Counted from the first letter of the stretch, positions 16,022-27,069 are shown. The stretch is DNA of 64,000 nucleotides from an uncultured virus (IMG/VR IMGVR_UViG_3300027156_000007) (IMGVR_UViG_3300027156_000007:1-64000); one strand, 5' to 3'. Translations and numbers: made by a program. Notes: a model not told the origin generated them from the letters alone.

Positions 16022-16303
16022 ATGAATACACCAGCAGCATCCATCGATTGGCAAACTTTATTTAATATTGCTTTCATGATCGCCGGTTTTCTGGCTGGCT
16101 GGATTTTTAAAAGGACTTTCCATTTAATTGACAAACAAGAGCAGAAGACAGAAGAACTTTCAAATAAACTTCACACTATTGAAATATCTCTTCCAAAAGA
16201 ATACGTTAACAAAGAAGATCTCAATAAATTCTCAGAACATATTAACGCTAGATTTGATAAAATAGAAGCAAAGTTAGATAATATCATTGAACGCTCAAAG
16301 TAG
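16022..16303 (+). CDS. Single-TM plus coiled-coil protein (holin/hemolysin-like)
   Basis: Hydrophobic LFNIAFMIAGFLAGWIF followed by a coiled coil ending RFDKIEAKLD. Confidence 0.5.
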   Translation: MNTPAASIDWQTLFNIAFMIAGFLAGWIFKRTFHLIDKQEQKTEELSNKLHTIEISLPKEYVNKEDLNKFSEHINARFDKIEAKLDNIIERSK

Positions 16304-16313
16304 CGTTTAATGA

Positions 16314-17264
16314 ATGAGAATAGCAATTCGTGCAGAAGGTGGTTTAGGGGACGTTTTATTATTCAATAGATTTGTCCCAGCCATTAAAGAGAAGTATCCT
16401 AATTCGGAAATATCTCTTTATATAGACAGCGAAGGAAAAACTTTCCAAAAAGAAGTTGTTGAATATTTATATCCTTCATTCTATAAGGAAATTAAGGTAA
16501 TCCCCAGAAAGAAATATAAGCCATTTTTTATTGATTCTCAGTTTGGAACAGAAAATCAAATTGGCTTTATTGAAAATGTTCCTGATGATATAAAACAGGA
16601 AATTGAAGCTCATGATCTATGGTACGATGGGCATATTGATTCTTTGAATTGGATCAATTATGACTTTGATTGGTACAAGTACTTTAGATTTTTTCCAAGT
16701 CCAGACATTAAGCCAGTTAATGATTCTGGAGATTATATAGTTTGCCATCTTGTTTCAACGACATCTAAAGAACATATGATGTCTAAATGGTATATTTCAA
16801 GTCTCATCAGTAAGCTAAAAGAGTTAAATAAGAAAATAATTATTATCTCTACTCCTGAAATAAATAATAACTACGATCTTTTTAACTCTGACCCTCAGAT
16901 AGAAATAGTAAATAAACCAATTAAAGAAGTTTGTGACATTATTTATAATGCAAAACTTTTTATTGGCACTGATAGCGGATTTAGATACGTTGCTTACGGA
17001 TGCTCCGTTCCAGTCATTACATTCTCAAAGCAGTCTCAGTCTGCTCATCAAGTATTGCCAAGTCATTACATAAGGTGGCTTATTTTCCCAGAACTAACTT
17101 TCCCGCTGTCTTTTGACTTTAATTATATTTCTAGATTAGCTGGCAAAATTTTGCAGAACAAAGGATACTCTTTGGTTCCATACCTACAAGACTTTGATTC
17201 TCAAGCAGTTAGGAGAACATATAAAGTAAACTCAGAAAAAAGTATTATCAACAATGATCATTGA
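16314..17264 (+). CDS. GT9-like (heptosyltransferase-fold) glycosyltransferase
   Basis: GGLGDVLL N-terminal motif and FIGTDSG. Confidence 0.75.
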   Translation: MRIAIRAEGGLGDVLLFNRFVPAIKEKYPNSEISLYIDSEGKTFQKEVVEYLYPSFYKEIKVIPRKKYKPFFIDSQFGTENQIGFIENVPDDIKQEIEAHDLWYDGHIDSLNWINYDFDWYKYFRFFPSPDIKPVNDSGDYIVCHLVSTTSKEHMMSKWYISSLISKLKELNKKIIIISTPEINNNYDLFNSDPQIEIVNKPIKEVCDIIYNAKLFIGTDSGFRYVAYGCSVPVITFSKQSQSAHQVLPSHYIRWLIFPELTFPLSFDFNYISRLAGKILQNKGYSLVPYLQDFDSQAVRRTYKVNSEKSIINNDH

Positions 17265-18093
17265 TGCATTTCCATACGCTAATGAAGAGTTAGTATTAAC
17301 AATAAGATTAAATGAATTAGCACCAGTTGTTGATTATTTTTTAATTGTAGAGTCTAATAGAACTCAAACGGGTTTACCAAAACCATATTATTTCGAACAA
17401 TCACAGGCAAAATTTGAAAAATTTTTAGACAAGATTGTTTATATTAAACTAGATCATTCTTATTTAAATAAAGTCGAAGAAGCTGATTGGTCGCAAGAGT
17501 TTCGTGTAAGACAAGCTATTGTATCAGAAGGATTAGTTAAAATAAATCAAATCAAAGCTCTTTCTAACGAAGACTATATCATAGTTAGCGATTGTGACGA
17601 AATCCCAAGAGCAGAAGTAATAAAAGAGCTTACAGCAAAGAACACAGAGTATATTTCTATCAATCATTACTTTAATACTTACTATTTTAATCTTTATTCT
17701 AAATTCAGAGACCCTTGGGGTTGGTATGGTTCTGTGTTGCTCAAACTAAAGTATTTAACCCAATACGAAGTTCAATACATAAGAAATATTAAAGACAAAC
17801 TTCCCCATACTGGCAATTCTGGTGAAGGGTGGCACTTTAGTAATATTCTTGTTAATGGTTTTGATTCTTTATATTCTAAATGGATCAACAATATTGAACC
17901 TCATGATAAATCATGCCTTAAAGACAAAGAGCTTTTAAACAAGCAATTTAATAAATGTCTTTATGAGGATGATCATTTCTTTTATTGCGATATGCCAAAT
18001 AAAAGAGATATTCCTTTATTAAAGCTAGATGATAGTTTACTACCAAAATACATAATCGACAATCAAGAAATTTTCAAAAACTTACTATGCTAA
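17254..18093 (+). CDS. GT17-like glycosyltransferase
   Basis: IIDAF, IRLNELAPVVDYFLIVESNRTQTG, VSDCDEIP and GWHFS. Confidence 0.8.
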   Translation: MIIDAFPYANEELVLTIRLNELAPVVDYFLIVESNRTQTGLPKPYYFEQSQAKFEKFLDKIVYIKLDHSYLNKVEEADWSQEFRVRQAIVSEGLVKINQIKALSNEDYIIVSDCDEIPRAEVIKELTAKNTEYISINHYFNTYYFNLYSKFRDPWGWYGSVLLKLKYLTQYEVQYIRNIKDKLPHTGNSGEGWHFSNILVNGFDSLYSKWINNIEPHDKSCLKDKELLNKQFNKCLYEDDHFFYCDMPNKRDIPLLKLDDSLLPKYIIDNQEIFKNLLC

Positions 18094-18860
18094 CTTTTCA
18101 AGAAGCTTGCAGTTTAACAATAGGAATTCATCTAAGCGGACCCGGATTAGGGGATAATTTGATTTTGTCTTCTTTGCCAGAAAACTATTTTAGAAACACT
18201 GGAAAGAAACTAATCGGAGATAAGAGTAATCCTATTTTTCAAAATAATCCTTATGTCGATTCTGGCCCAACTCCTGACGCATGGTTTACTCATCAGCAGA
18301 TCTGCGATGAAACCTCTTACTTTGTAAGAACTCTTAAAAAAATTCATCCTCACCCTTCCATCCCTTACGAGCATTGCCAATTCTTTTCTTTGCCAAAATG
18401 TTATTTAAGACATTCAAGATTGTATATCCATGAAGATTTAAAAACTGTTCAGAATAAGGTTTGCGTACATACCAGCGGCAAGTCTTCTGGAACTCTATCT
18501 GAAGAGATTATTGAACGTATAGAAAATAACTATAAAGACTATCACTTGGTTCAAACAGGAGGCAAAGCAGATAGAAAAGTTAAATCAGCAGAAGACAAGA
18601 CTGGACTGAGTATGCTAGACACTGCTAAAGAAATAGCAGAAGCAGCAATTTTTATAGGAGTAGACAGCGGAGCAGGTTATCATGTTGCAAACTGCTACCC
18701 AAAAGTTAGAAAGAAATTAATTATTAATTACTTTACCGAGGATCAGTTTGAAAAGTTAAGCCCATTATATGGTGATGCTCCTTGGTGGGATTTTAATATT
18801 GAAACTTATAATCCTTTTGATTACGATGTAGGATGTTCAATGAGTTATTTAAAAATATGA
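18087..18860 (+). CDS. GT9-like glycosyltransferase
   Basis: GLGDNL, NNPYVD, VQTGG and FIGVDSG. Confidence 0.7.
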   Translation: MLTFQEACSLTIGIHLSGPGLGDNLILSSLPENYFRNTGKKLIGDKSNPIFQNNPYVDSGPTPDAWFTHQQICDETSYFVRTLKKIHPHPSIPYEHCQFFSLPKCYLRHSRLYIHEDLKTVQNKVCVHTSGKSSGTLSEEIIERIENNYKDYHLVQTGGKADRKVKSAEDKTGLSMLDTAKEIAEAAIFIGVDSGAGYHVANCYPKVRKKLIINYFTEDQFEKLSPLYGDAPWWDFNIETYNPFDYDVGCSMSYLKI

Positions 18861-19774
18861 AAAATTTGTACCTGTGCGGGATAACCTCAAACGAGGAAGA
18901 AAAAATATCAGACCTAATAGATTCAACAAAAGCGTTTTTTGATGGATATGTCTGGTGCGTAGATTCTAATTCAAATAGCGATTCTACTTATAATCTTCTT
19001 GACTCTAATAAAGGTAAAGGAAAAATCGTCAGACATCCTTGGGTTAATGCTCATGACTGGCAAGCAAATGAATGGCTCTATTCTGGAATCTTTGAAGAAG
19101 GAGACTGGTGCTTCATTGCTGACTCAAGTGAGAAGCCAACTGAAGAGTGGTGCAAGAACATGAAGTCAATGATTCTTGGCTTTGAAAAAGACGGCATCGA
19201 AGCAGTTTACTGTTCTGGTAGACCATTTTTATTTAAATGGAATCCTTATCTATTTTTCTTTTTAACTCCACATTGGTCTCTACAAGGATTAAACGGCAAA
19301 GCAGCGACCATTCCAGAAGACAAGAAGAAAAACTTTATAATAAACAAAAGAGACCTAAATCCTGCCAAACATTATCAAGAACACGATACTAAATATTATC
19401 TTTATGGAAGGAATAATCAAATAGAGGCATTTTATAGCAAGTACGGTCAAGAAATAGTTAAACATCACGAAGTATTGCGTAGAGAATTCAGAAAGAATTT
19501 AATAAAAAGAGGGTTTGATCCAAGCATAAAAGGAATAACAGAATTTTTCCAAAAAGGAGAATTTACAGAGTTTGATAAGAATATGATTGAGTTTGAGTTT
19601 TGCCTTTCTGAATTTTATCAAAGAGTTATTCTTGGCATGGACTTCATGAAAGAAATAGCTTCAAGAAGATACAAATGGTCTTTCTCGGGTTTCTTAAAAA
19701 CTGGTGATGGATTTAGCGACCCATCATACGAAGGGACAATTTTAAAATATAATAAGAAGTATCTTTCTCTATGA
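18857..19774 (+). CDS. Putative GT-A glycosyltransferase
   Basis: GITSNEE, VDSNSNSDST and FIADSSE GT2-like pattern; start at ATGA overlap 18857. Confidence 0.5.
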   Translation: MKNLYLCGITSNEEEKISDLIDSTKAFFDGYVWCVDSNSNSDSTYNLLDSNKGKGKIVRHPWVNAHDWQANEWLYSGIFEEGDWCFIADSSEKPTEEWCKNMKSMILGFEKDGIEAVYCSGRPFLFKWNPYLFFFLTPHWSLQGLNGKAATIPEDKKKNFIINKRDLNPAKHYQEHDTKYYLYGRNNQIEAFYSKYGQEIVKHHEVLRREFRKNLIKRGFDPSIKGITEFFQKGEFTEFDKNMIEFEFCLSEFYQRVILGMDFMKEIASRRYKWSFSGFLKTGDGFSDPSYEGTILKYNKKYLSL

Positions 19775-20613
19775 AATTTCTTGTTGATAGAGATCCAGCA
19801 GACACTTTGCTTCTAAGAAAGATATGCATTGATACTCTTTGCATAGATGTAATCGAAAAGACTAATTCTAATTTATTCTGCGGGGTTTATATAGAAGGCA
19901 GAAACAGGGAAATAAACACCATAGAAGATGAAGCTGCATTTCGAAGTTTTAAAATATTTTCTCAAAATAACTACCCTTACTTTGTCCTAAGCCCAAATGG
20001 AGAAAATCTATTTAATAATAATCCAGAATATAAAAAAAGTAGAGCCTACCATATTAAAATACCAGAGTTAAACTCTCACGATTCGTATTCTCAATTTATG
20101 ATAAAACATCTTTGGGATTATATACCTGAAGAGTTTCATAAAATATTATTTTTTCACCCAGACGGATTTCTGATAAAAGAAGGCTGGGAGCAGTTTGTTT
20201 TAGATGGTCAAATAGATTACATTGGCAGTGCTTGGTGTCACACCCCAAGAATAGAAATTCTTCATGAAGGACAATGGAAGTTAATAAATCTTCCTGCTAT
20301 ACAATGTGGCAATGGCGGGTTTAGTTTTAGGAATAGATTAGCGTGTGAAGAAATAAGTAAAAACTTTTCTCATTTTACCATGAGAGAGTACGGAAGGACA
20401 GACAATAGACCGCCTCCAGAAGATTTATTCTATTCTCATCTTATTAATGGAACGGTTAAAAATAGCAGAGTTGCAGGATTAAAAGACTGCATGAAATTTT
20501 CTCTTGATCCTTTAACTCTACAAGAGTATAATAAAAAAGCGAGTTTTGGATTTCATCACCCCAAAAAAATTAACGAATTTCAAAACTACAGAGATTATTT
20601 TTTAAACCTCTAA
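19771..20613 (+). CDS. DUF5672-like (GT-A related) protein
   Basis: FHPDGF, DYIGSAW, GNGGFSFRN, PEDLFY and FGFH. Confidence 0.75.
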   Translation: MKFLVDRDPADTLLLRKICIDTLCIDVIEKTNSNLFCGVYIEGRNREINTIEDEAAFRSFKIFSQNNYPYFVLSPNGENLFNNNPEYKKSRAYHIKIPELNSHDSYSQFMIKHLWDYIPEEFHKILFFHPDGFLIKEGWEQFVLDGQIDYIGSAWCHTPRIEILHEGQWKLINLPAIQCGNGGFSFRNRLACEEISKNFSHFTMREYGRTDNRPPPEDLFYSHLINGTVKNSRVAGLKDCMKFSLDPLTLQEYNKKASFGFHHPKKINEFQNYRDYFLNL

Positions 20614-20614
20614 T

Positions 20615-21463
20615 ATGTCTTCTAAGAAAATAGCAATCCTAGGTGCGGGGTCTTCTGTTGCTAAAGGCATCTTAGAGGAATTGAATGGCAAAGGACATGA
20701 TCTAGAAATCTTTTATCGCAAAGATTTAGATGTTACTAATTTATCCAGCCTTAAAGACAAGTTCAAAGACAAGTATTATGATTTAGTAATTCATTGCGCT
20801 ATGTCTGGTACAGGAAGATTTTATGCAGAAGACTCTGCTCAAAACTTCTATGAAAATATCATAATGCAAGAGAACTTATTTTTTCTTGAGAATCATTATT
20901 CTAATTTGATCATATTTAGTTCTGGGGCGCAGAACTCTAGAAAAATAAATGTCATAGATCTAGAAGAAGGCGAGTTCAATGAGCCAACAAGTAACTTCTA
21001 TTCTCTTGCTAAATACGTCAATGCTAAAAGGGCAATTGGAAACGATAAGGTTATAAATTTAAGAATCTTTAATGCTTTTACGCATTTTGAAAAAGATAAC
21101 AGATTCATTAAAAATAATATTTTCAAATATCTAAAAAAACAACCTATTGAAATCTGGGGAGACGCTTTCTTCGACTTTTTTTACGCTAATGATATTTGCA
21201 AAGTAATAGAGTACTTTATTCAAAATCCAAGCAAGTCTTATTGTGAACTAAATTTAGTATACGATGAGAAATATAAACTTTCTGATATCGCTAACATAAT
21301 AAATTCTCTTTCCAATCACAAGGTTGAAATAATTATCAAGCAAGGAGAGAATAAACATTATACTGGCAATGGTAAAAAATTAAACTCTTTGAATTTAAAT
21401 TTCGAAGGCTTACATCAGGGAATAATTAAAACTTTTAACGTATTAAAAAATGAGTCAATTTAA
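20615..21463 (+). CDS. NAD-dependent epimerase/dehydratase/reductase (SDR)
   Basis: ILGAGSSVA Rossmann start, VIHCA, FSSGA, YSLAK (YxxxK) and LRIFN. Confidence 0.8.
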   Translation: MSSKKIAILGAGSSVAKGILEELNGKGHDLEIFYRKDLDVTNLSSLKDKFKDKYYDLVIHCAMSGTGRFYAEDSAQNFYENIIMQENLFFLENHYSNLIIFSSGAQNSRKINVIDLEEGEFNEPTSNFYSLAKYVNAKRAIGNDKVINLRIFNAFTHFEKDNRFIKNNIFKYLKKQPIEIWGDAFFDFFYANDICKVIEYFIQNPSKSYCELNLVYDEKYKLSDIANIINSLSNHKVEIIIKQGENKHYTGNGKKLNSLNLNFEGLHQGIIKTFNVLKNESI

Positions 21464-22766
21464 AGAAGACATCCGCAGTTTTATTCTATCGTTACAAGAG
21501 AAGTCAGGTAGACTTCCAAAATTCTGCCACAATCTCAATGGAGCAGAGAACAAGGTATATTATTCTGGAGCCTACTTTGATGAAAATGAATTAGTCGCCG
21601 CAATAGATACACTACTTTTTGGCAAATGGTCATCAAGCGGAGAAGTATGCGCTCAATTCGAAGTGCAGTTTAGTAAGTACATTAATCAAAAACATTCATT
21701 CTTTACGAACTCCGGTTCTTCAGCGAACCTTCTATTGATCGCTGCCTGTAAAGAGTACTTTAAGTGGCAAGATGGAGACGAAATAATTGTCTCAGCAGTA
21801 GGATTCCCAACAACGGTTTCTTCAATTATTCAGAATGGGTTGAAGCCTATTTTTATTGATATAGAATGGGACACTTTAAATTTTGATCTTAATCTAATTT
21901 CTTCAAAGATTAATTCTAAAACTAAAGCTATCTTCTTGTCTCCTGTACTTGGAAATCCGCCAAACATAGACGCTTTAAATTTTATATGCGATAAGCATAA
22001 CGTCAAACTGCTATTGGACAACTGCGATTCTCTAGGTACTAAATGGAATAACAAATTTCTCAATGAGTACGCCGTAGCTTCATCATGCTCATTTTATCCA
22101 GCGCATGAAATAACCACTCTTGAAGGAGGTATGGTGTCTTCAAACATTGAAGATATTGTTCAGCTTGCCAGAAGTTATGGCACATGGGGCAGAGACTGCT
22201 GGTGCGTAGGAACCTGTAATCTCCTTCCAAATGGTTCGTGCGGCAAGAGATTCTCTAGTTGGCTAACTGATTTTCCAGACACTATCATTGACCACAAATA
22301 TGTATTTAATAGAATTGGATATAATTTGAAGCCTTTAGACTTGCAAGGAGCCATTGGCATAGAGCAACTTAAAAAACTAGACTATATTTGCTCAACTCGT
22401 TTGCAAAATCAAAAAACTATTTCTTCATTATTTAAAACTTATGTTAATGATCTAAGATGCCCTAACGTGCTTGGTGATACATCTTGGGTTCCATTTGGGG
22501 TGCCTTTGATCTGTTCAAACAAAGACCAAAAAGTAAAACTAGTTTCTTTCTTAGAAAAGAATGGTGTTCAAACTAGAAATTACTTTGCTGGAAATCTATT
22601 GATGCACCCCGGATACAGACATCTTGATAACTTTTTAGACTATCCAGAAAGCAATAAAGTCTTAGATCTAGTATTCTTTGTAGGCTGCGCCCCTACTATT
22701 TCAGAATCAAACGTAAACTATATAGAGAAAGTTCTTCAAGCATGGAAATTACAAGAACAGATCTAG
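21450..22766 (+). CDS. rfbH: CDP-4-keto-6-deoxyglucose 3-dehydratase-like (RfbH/DdhC, DegT family)
   Basis: NSGSSANL, DNCDSLG, SFYPAHEIT (His at the PLP-Lys position), Fe-S motif GRDCWC...CGKRF and TRNYFAGNL. Confidence 0.85.
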   Translation: MSQFKEDIRSFILSLQEKSGRLPKFCHNLNGAENKVYYSGAYFDENELVAAIDTLLFGKWSSSGEVCAQFEVQFSKYINQKHSFFTNSGSSANLLLIAACKEYFKWQDGDEIIVSAVGFPTTVSSIIQNGLKPIFIDIEWDTLNFDLNLISSKINSKTKAIFLSPVLGNPPNIDALNFICDKHNVKLLLDNCDSLGTKWNNKFLNEYAVASSCSFYPAHEITTLEGGMVSSNIEDIVQLARSYGTWGRDCWCVGTCNLLPNGSCGKRFSSWLTDFPDTIIDHKYVFNRIGYNLKPLDLQGAIGIEQLKKLDYICSTRLQNQKTISSLFKTYVNDLRCPNVLGDTSWVPFGVPLICSNKDQKVKLVSFLEKNGVQTRNYFAGNLLMHPGYRHLDNFLDYPESNKVLDLVFFVGCAPTISESNVNYIEKVLQAWKLQEQI

Positions 22767-23266
22767 GAATCCTTATAATAAAAACAGACTGTTTCTTTGA
22801 TGAAAGAGGCTTCTTTGCCGAAATCTTTAACGATAAAAGGTACAAAGAGCTTGGTTTTAATCATAAATTTTTACAAGACAGTATATCTGTTTCTAAATAT
22901 GGCGTAACGAGGGGCTTACATTTTCAAAAAAAGCCCAAAGCTCAAGGAAAGTTAATCCAAGTCCTCAAAGGAGAAATATTTGATGTTGCCGTAAATATCA
23001 ATAAAAATTCTCAGAACTTTGGAAAACATGAAGCATTTTTTCTAACAAGAGGAATGCAGATTTTTATTCCAGACGATTTCGCTCATGGATTTCAAAGCCT
23101 ACAAGACGATTCAACTATTATTTATAAGGCTACAAACGTTCATTCAAAAGAACATGAATGCACGATTATGTGGAATGACCCTCTTTTAAATATTAAATGG
23201 CCTATTAGCAATCCAATAATATCTCAAAAAGATTTACACACAGGAATTAAATTATCAAAACTATGA
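22742..23266 (+). CDS. rmlC: dTDP-4-dehydrorhamnose 3,5-epimerase family
   Basis: DERGFF, RGLHFQ, QGKLIQV, FDVAV and FAHGFQSL. Confidence 0.9.
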   Translation: MEITRTDLGILIIKTDCFFDERGFFAEIFNDKRYKELGFNHKFLQDSISVSKYGVTRGLHFQKKPKAQGKLIQVLKGEIFDVAVNINKNSQNFGKHEAFFLTRGMQIFIPDDFAHGFQSLQDDSTIIYKATNVHSKEHECTIMWNDPLLNIKWPISNPIISQKDLHTGIKLSKL

Positions 23267-25245
23267 GTAACATTAAAACTTTAAATTTCAATGGAGAAAA
23301 GTTAGCCTTATTTACTTTCATTGATCCAAGCAATAGAGACATGGAGGTAACTAATTGGCACCATAAAGTTCATTCTTTTCTTGGCATTCCAATTAATTAT
23401 TTTCAAATAGACTACAGACTTATTAATCACGGAGGAGCAATGGAAAAGTCTATTGCTCTGTTTAAAAATCAAGTTGATTATTTTTGTTTTATAGATAACG
23501 ACTGCTTGCTTCTTAGAAAAGAGGTGCCACAAGAAATATATGAAAAACTAAAAGATAAGAAAACAATCTTTGGTGGATGCCAAAATTCTAATCACATCCA
23601 TATAAATCCAACTCACCCATTTGTACAACCTAGTTCATTCTGTATCTCGACCAAGCTTTATGAAACTCTTGGAAATCCTCATTTAGGGGATTACATAAAA
23701 AGATCTGATACTTGCGAAGAGGCTACTTGGCTATGCCAAGAAAACGGTTATACCGTTTGCATGGTTTATCCATCTCATTATAATGAACTAACGGACGAAG
23801 AATGTAGTTCAAGCGGAAATCCAAAGAGATGGAGACTCACAGATACTTTATATTATGGTCTTGGAACTACATACGGCGATACTTTTTTCCATGCAGGAAT
23901 GCAAGGATTACCAAGAAGCAAACAGGTCTTTATTAATAAATGTAAAGAAGTTCTTAGTAAAGGCAAAAAATGTTTAGAGGGAGTTATTACCTGCGTTGGA
24001 TATGGAGACATCTTAGAACTTACGCTGCCTAAAAATAAAAAACACTTTGATAACCTAATTGTAGTTACAGATCTAAAAGATTCTAGAACAAAAGATGTTT
24101 GTGACAGAAACGGCGTAAACTGTATTCAAAGCGATATCTTTTATTCTAAAGGAACTATATTTAATAAAGGAGGAGCTATAAATTTAGCTTATGCCAATTT
24201 AAGATATTTTGATTGGTGTATAAATTTGGACGCAGATATCATCCTTCCTGACAATTTTAGACATTCGTTCATGGCGCATGATTTAGATGAAAACGAACTA
24301 TACGGTGCGCCAAGAAAGTTTGTTTGGAATTACGAACAGTATAAAAAACTAGAAGACAATGTTTTTCTAGACGAGGAACTTTTAACTTTAGATGGTATTG
24401 GAGTTGGGTATTTCCAAGCGTTTAACTTTAAATCTAATAAAATAAAACATCTTCCTAAAAATAAATTATACTCAGATAGTAACACGGCAGAACAGGTAGA
24501 CATTGAATTTTTGTATAATTTTTATCCACCTCCCTCTCCAAAGGTTCCAAGAATGTTTTTTGATGTAATACATCTAGGGCCACCCGGAGTATTCAATAAT
24601 CTAAAACTAAATTCAAAACTAGCCTCTTTGAAAGGATTAGAGTTTAAAGATTTTCCAAATGTAAATGATGACGAGTTCTTTAAAGACTATCCTGATATTT
24701 ATAATCATAAGAACAAGCCAGAACAAAAGTATAATCAATACTATAAATATTTCAAAAACTCAATCAATCATAGAGATTTCGTCTTTAGAATGTGCTTGGA
24801 TAAGCTGAATAAAAAGCCAGCCAAGATCCTAGAGATAGGAACATCAAGAAGTCTAAACGGCAAAGCTGGTGACGGTTGGTCAACTTTGTTTTGGTGCGAA
24901 TATGTGGCTCAGTATGGCGGCGAACTGAATGTTTGTGATGTTGATCAAGCAGCAATAAACGTAAGCAAGCTGCTGACTGAAAATTATCATAGTTCAATAA
25001 ATGTAAATTTCTTCTGTGAAGATGGAATTAAGTATATAGATAATACTTATGATTTAATTTTCTTAGACGGATCTGATTGCCCGTATCAGATGTTGGAGCA
25101 GTTTGAAAAAATCGACAGAACAAAAACTATAATTCTATGTGATGACTTCCATGTAAAAGGAACAGTTGTAAGAGAAAAATATAAGGACTTTAAGTTAATT
25201 AAAGTAAACGAAATACACGAAATGGCAATCTACAACAAAATCTAA
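23263..25245 (+). CDS. Multidomain protein: two GT-A-like domains plus class I methyltransferase
   Basis: FIDNDC and NLDADI DxD motifs; C-terminal ILEIGT...LIFLDG...ILCDD. Confidence 0.65.
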   Translation: MSNIKTLNFNGEKLALFTFIDPSNRDMEVTNWHHKVHSFLGIPINYFQIDYRLINHGGAMEKSIALFKNQVDYFCFIDNDCLLLRKEVPQEIYEKLKDKKTIFGGCQNSNHIHINPTHPFVQPSSFCISTKLYETLGNPHLGDYIKRSDTCEEATWLCQENGYTVCMVYPSHYNELTDEECSSSGNPKRWRLTDTLYYGLGTTYGDTFFHAGMQGLPRSKQVFINKCKEVLSKGKKCLEGVITCVGYGDILELTLPKNKKHFDNLIVVTDLKDSRTKDVCDRNGVNCIQSDIFYSKGTIFNKGGAINLAYANLRYFDWCINLDADIILPDNFRHSFMAHDLDENELYGAPRKFVWNYEQYKKLEDNVFLDEELLTLDGIGVGYFQAFNFKSNKIKHLPKNKLYSDSNTAEQVDIEFLYNFYPPPSPKVPRMFFDVIHLGPPGVFNNLKLNSKLASLKGLEFKDFPNVNDDEFFKDYPDIYNHKNKPEQKYNQYYKYFKNSINHRDFVFRMCLDKLNKKPAKILEIGTSRSLNGKAGDGWSTLFWCEYVAQYGGELNVCDVDQAAINVSKLLTENYHSSINVNFFCEDGIKYIDNTYDLIFLDGSDCPYQMLEQFEKIDRTKTIILCDDFHVKGTVVREKYKDFKLIKVNEIHEMAIYNKI

Positions 25246-25252
25246 TTATTAA

Positions 25253-26248
25253 ATGATAATAGCAAACATAGAGCTTTCTGAAAACGAAGACTATTCTCCA
25301 TTTCATTCTAAAAGATACGGAGGCGGATCTGTTTTTGGCAAATATGCTTTGCCATTATTAAATAATCAAGAAACCAAATTCTATATCTATGGTAGACCTA
25401 AAAACTTTGAAAACGTTACTGAAGAAGAGGGCAAGTCAAATTGCATTGAATTAACTAACGAACAAGTAAAACTTCTTAAACAAGGCTATCCAGTAGCTAG
25501 AATAATTCCTAACGCTGACCGATGGGATATTATCGTTCACAATCAAGAGTCTTTTGCGTTTAATACACAAGGGTTAAAATGCAAACAGGTATGCTGGCTT
25601 GCTTTTGTAAACCAAACTATCTGGCCCTTAAATGATGCTGGATTTGTGTATTCTTATAATCAAAATCCAATTCTTGATCCTAATAGAACTAAATTAATGA
25701 AAGTTCAGATAGGAACTTTTGTACCCGAGTCATTTCAAGAATACGCAAAAGAAGACTATTTGTTCCAAGTAACAAGAATGGATTCTACAATGAATCCTAT
25801 TAAAACAGTTAAACTTTGTAATAAATTTAAGATAAAAGGATATTTTGCGGGTCCAATTCTAAATAACTACCCACTATTGCAGCATATAGATAATGAAAAT
25901 ACTTTTTATATGGGAGTCTTGACTGAACAAGAAAAAATTAAAATGCTCAAAGGAGCTAGGCTCTTTGGTGGAATCCAAGATTGGGATACAATATGGAATT
26001 TAAGCTGCCATCAATCTTTAGCATACAACACTCCTTTAGTTTGTTATAAGCGTGGATTCTTTAATGAATTAATAGAAGACGGCGTAGATGGATTTTACTA
26101 TAATGATAACGAAGACTCTTTCTTTGAAATATGGGAGAAAAGCAAGAAGATTAAGCAACAAGATTGCTACAAAAAAGCTTTAAAATTTTCAGAAAAAGAA
26201 ATGGTCAATAGTTTTTATCAAAATTTTAGAAAATTATTAAACGTATGA
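25253..26248 (+). CDS. GT4-like glycosyltransferase
   Basis: YGGG, FAGPI and SLAYNTPLV...ELIEDGVDGF C-terminal GT-B pattern. Confidence 0.7.
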   Translation: MIIANIELSENEDYSPFHSKRYGGGSVFGKYALPLLNNQETKFYIYGRPKNFENVTEEEGKSNCIELTNEQVKLLKQGYPVARIIPNADRWDIIVHNQESFAFNTQGLKCKQVCWLAFVNQTIWPLNDAGFVYSYNQNPILDPNRTKLMKVQIGTFVPESFQEYAKEDYLFQVTRMDSTMNPIKTVKLCNKFKIKGYFAGPILNNYPLLQHIDNENTFYMGVLTEQEKIKMLKGARLFGGIQDWDTIWNLSCHQSLAYNTPLVCYKRGFFNELIEDGVDGFYYNDNEDSFFEIWEKSKKIKQQDCYKKALKFSEKEMVNSFYQNFRKLLNV

Positions 26249-27069
26249 AAATAGTAGCTCTAATAGTTTGTGATGACCATTTATATTCTGGCGGCTACAA
26301 AACAATTAACTCTTTAAAACACTTCAACCCAAATATAGAAGTTGCGCTATATAACACAAAAGAAATACAAAGAGTAAAACAAAAGCACAGAATACCTGAC
26401 AATCTTTGGTTTTCTGCTCCTTTCTTTTGTTACGATTACATAGAAAAAAATGATAAACCAGATATTTTAATTAAACTAGGAGCCGATTGTATTGTACTAG
26501 ATAATATAGAAGAAATTCTAAATCTAAATTATGATGCAGCTTCTGCTAGAAATGACCCAGATCAAGTTGGAGACAGATACGAAAAACATAATCGACCAGA
26601 TATAATAAGAGATATTCCTAATCATGAATGGGTTAATGCCGATTTCGTTTGTATTAAGAATTTTGCCTTTTTAAGAGATTGGCTACTATTAACTGATGAC
26701 TATAAAGAAGGTAGGAGAGTAGCATTAAATAAATATGGCAAGATTTACGCTGGAGATGATATGTCATCTTTAAACGTAGTTTTTAGAAATTATGGGTATA
26801 ATACTTTAATTCTTGATCCAAAAGGTTCAGATAAAATATATGGCTCTAGCGGAAACTGGAGTTACAGCATTTCAAACTGGGATAACTGGAAAGAGATTTA
26901 TTTTAATGGACAAAAAAGTATAATGCCAGATGGAGGTAGAGGAACTGGAGATAGACAAATAAAGATTTTACATCAAGGTGGAGGAACTTGGGATCAGAAG
27001 CTAAACTTTAATTTATTTAATGAAGAGTTTAGGAAGCATATACGACTAGTAACAAAATATGAAAATTAA
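26245..27069 (+). CDS. Putative GT-A (GT8-like) glycosyltransferase
   Basis: LGADCIV, VNADFV, DDMSSLN and ILHQGG. Confidence 0.55.
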   Translation: MKIVALIVCDDHLYSGGYKTINSLKHFNPNIEVALYNTKEIQRVKQKHRIPDNLWFSAPFFCYDYIEKNDKPDILIKLGADCIVLDNIEEILNLNYDAASARNDPDQVGDRYEKHNRPDIIRDIPNHEWVNADFVCIKNFAFLRDWLLLTDDYKEGRRVALNKYGKIYAGDDMSSLNVVFRNYGYNTLILDPKGSDKIYGSSGNWSYSISNWDNWKEIYFNGQKSIMPDGGRGTGDRQIKILHQGGGTWDQKLNFNLFNEEFRKHIRLVTKYEN

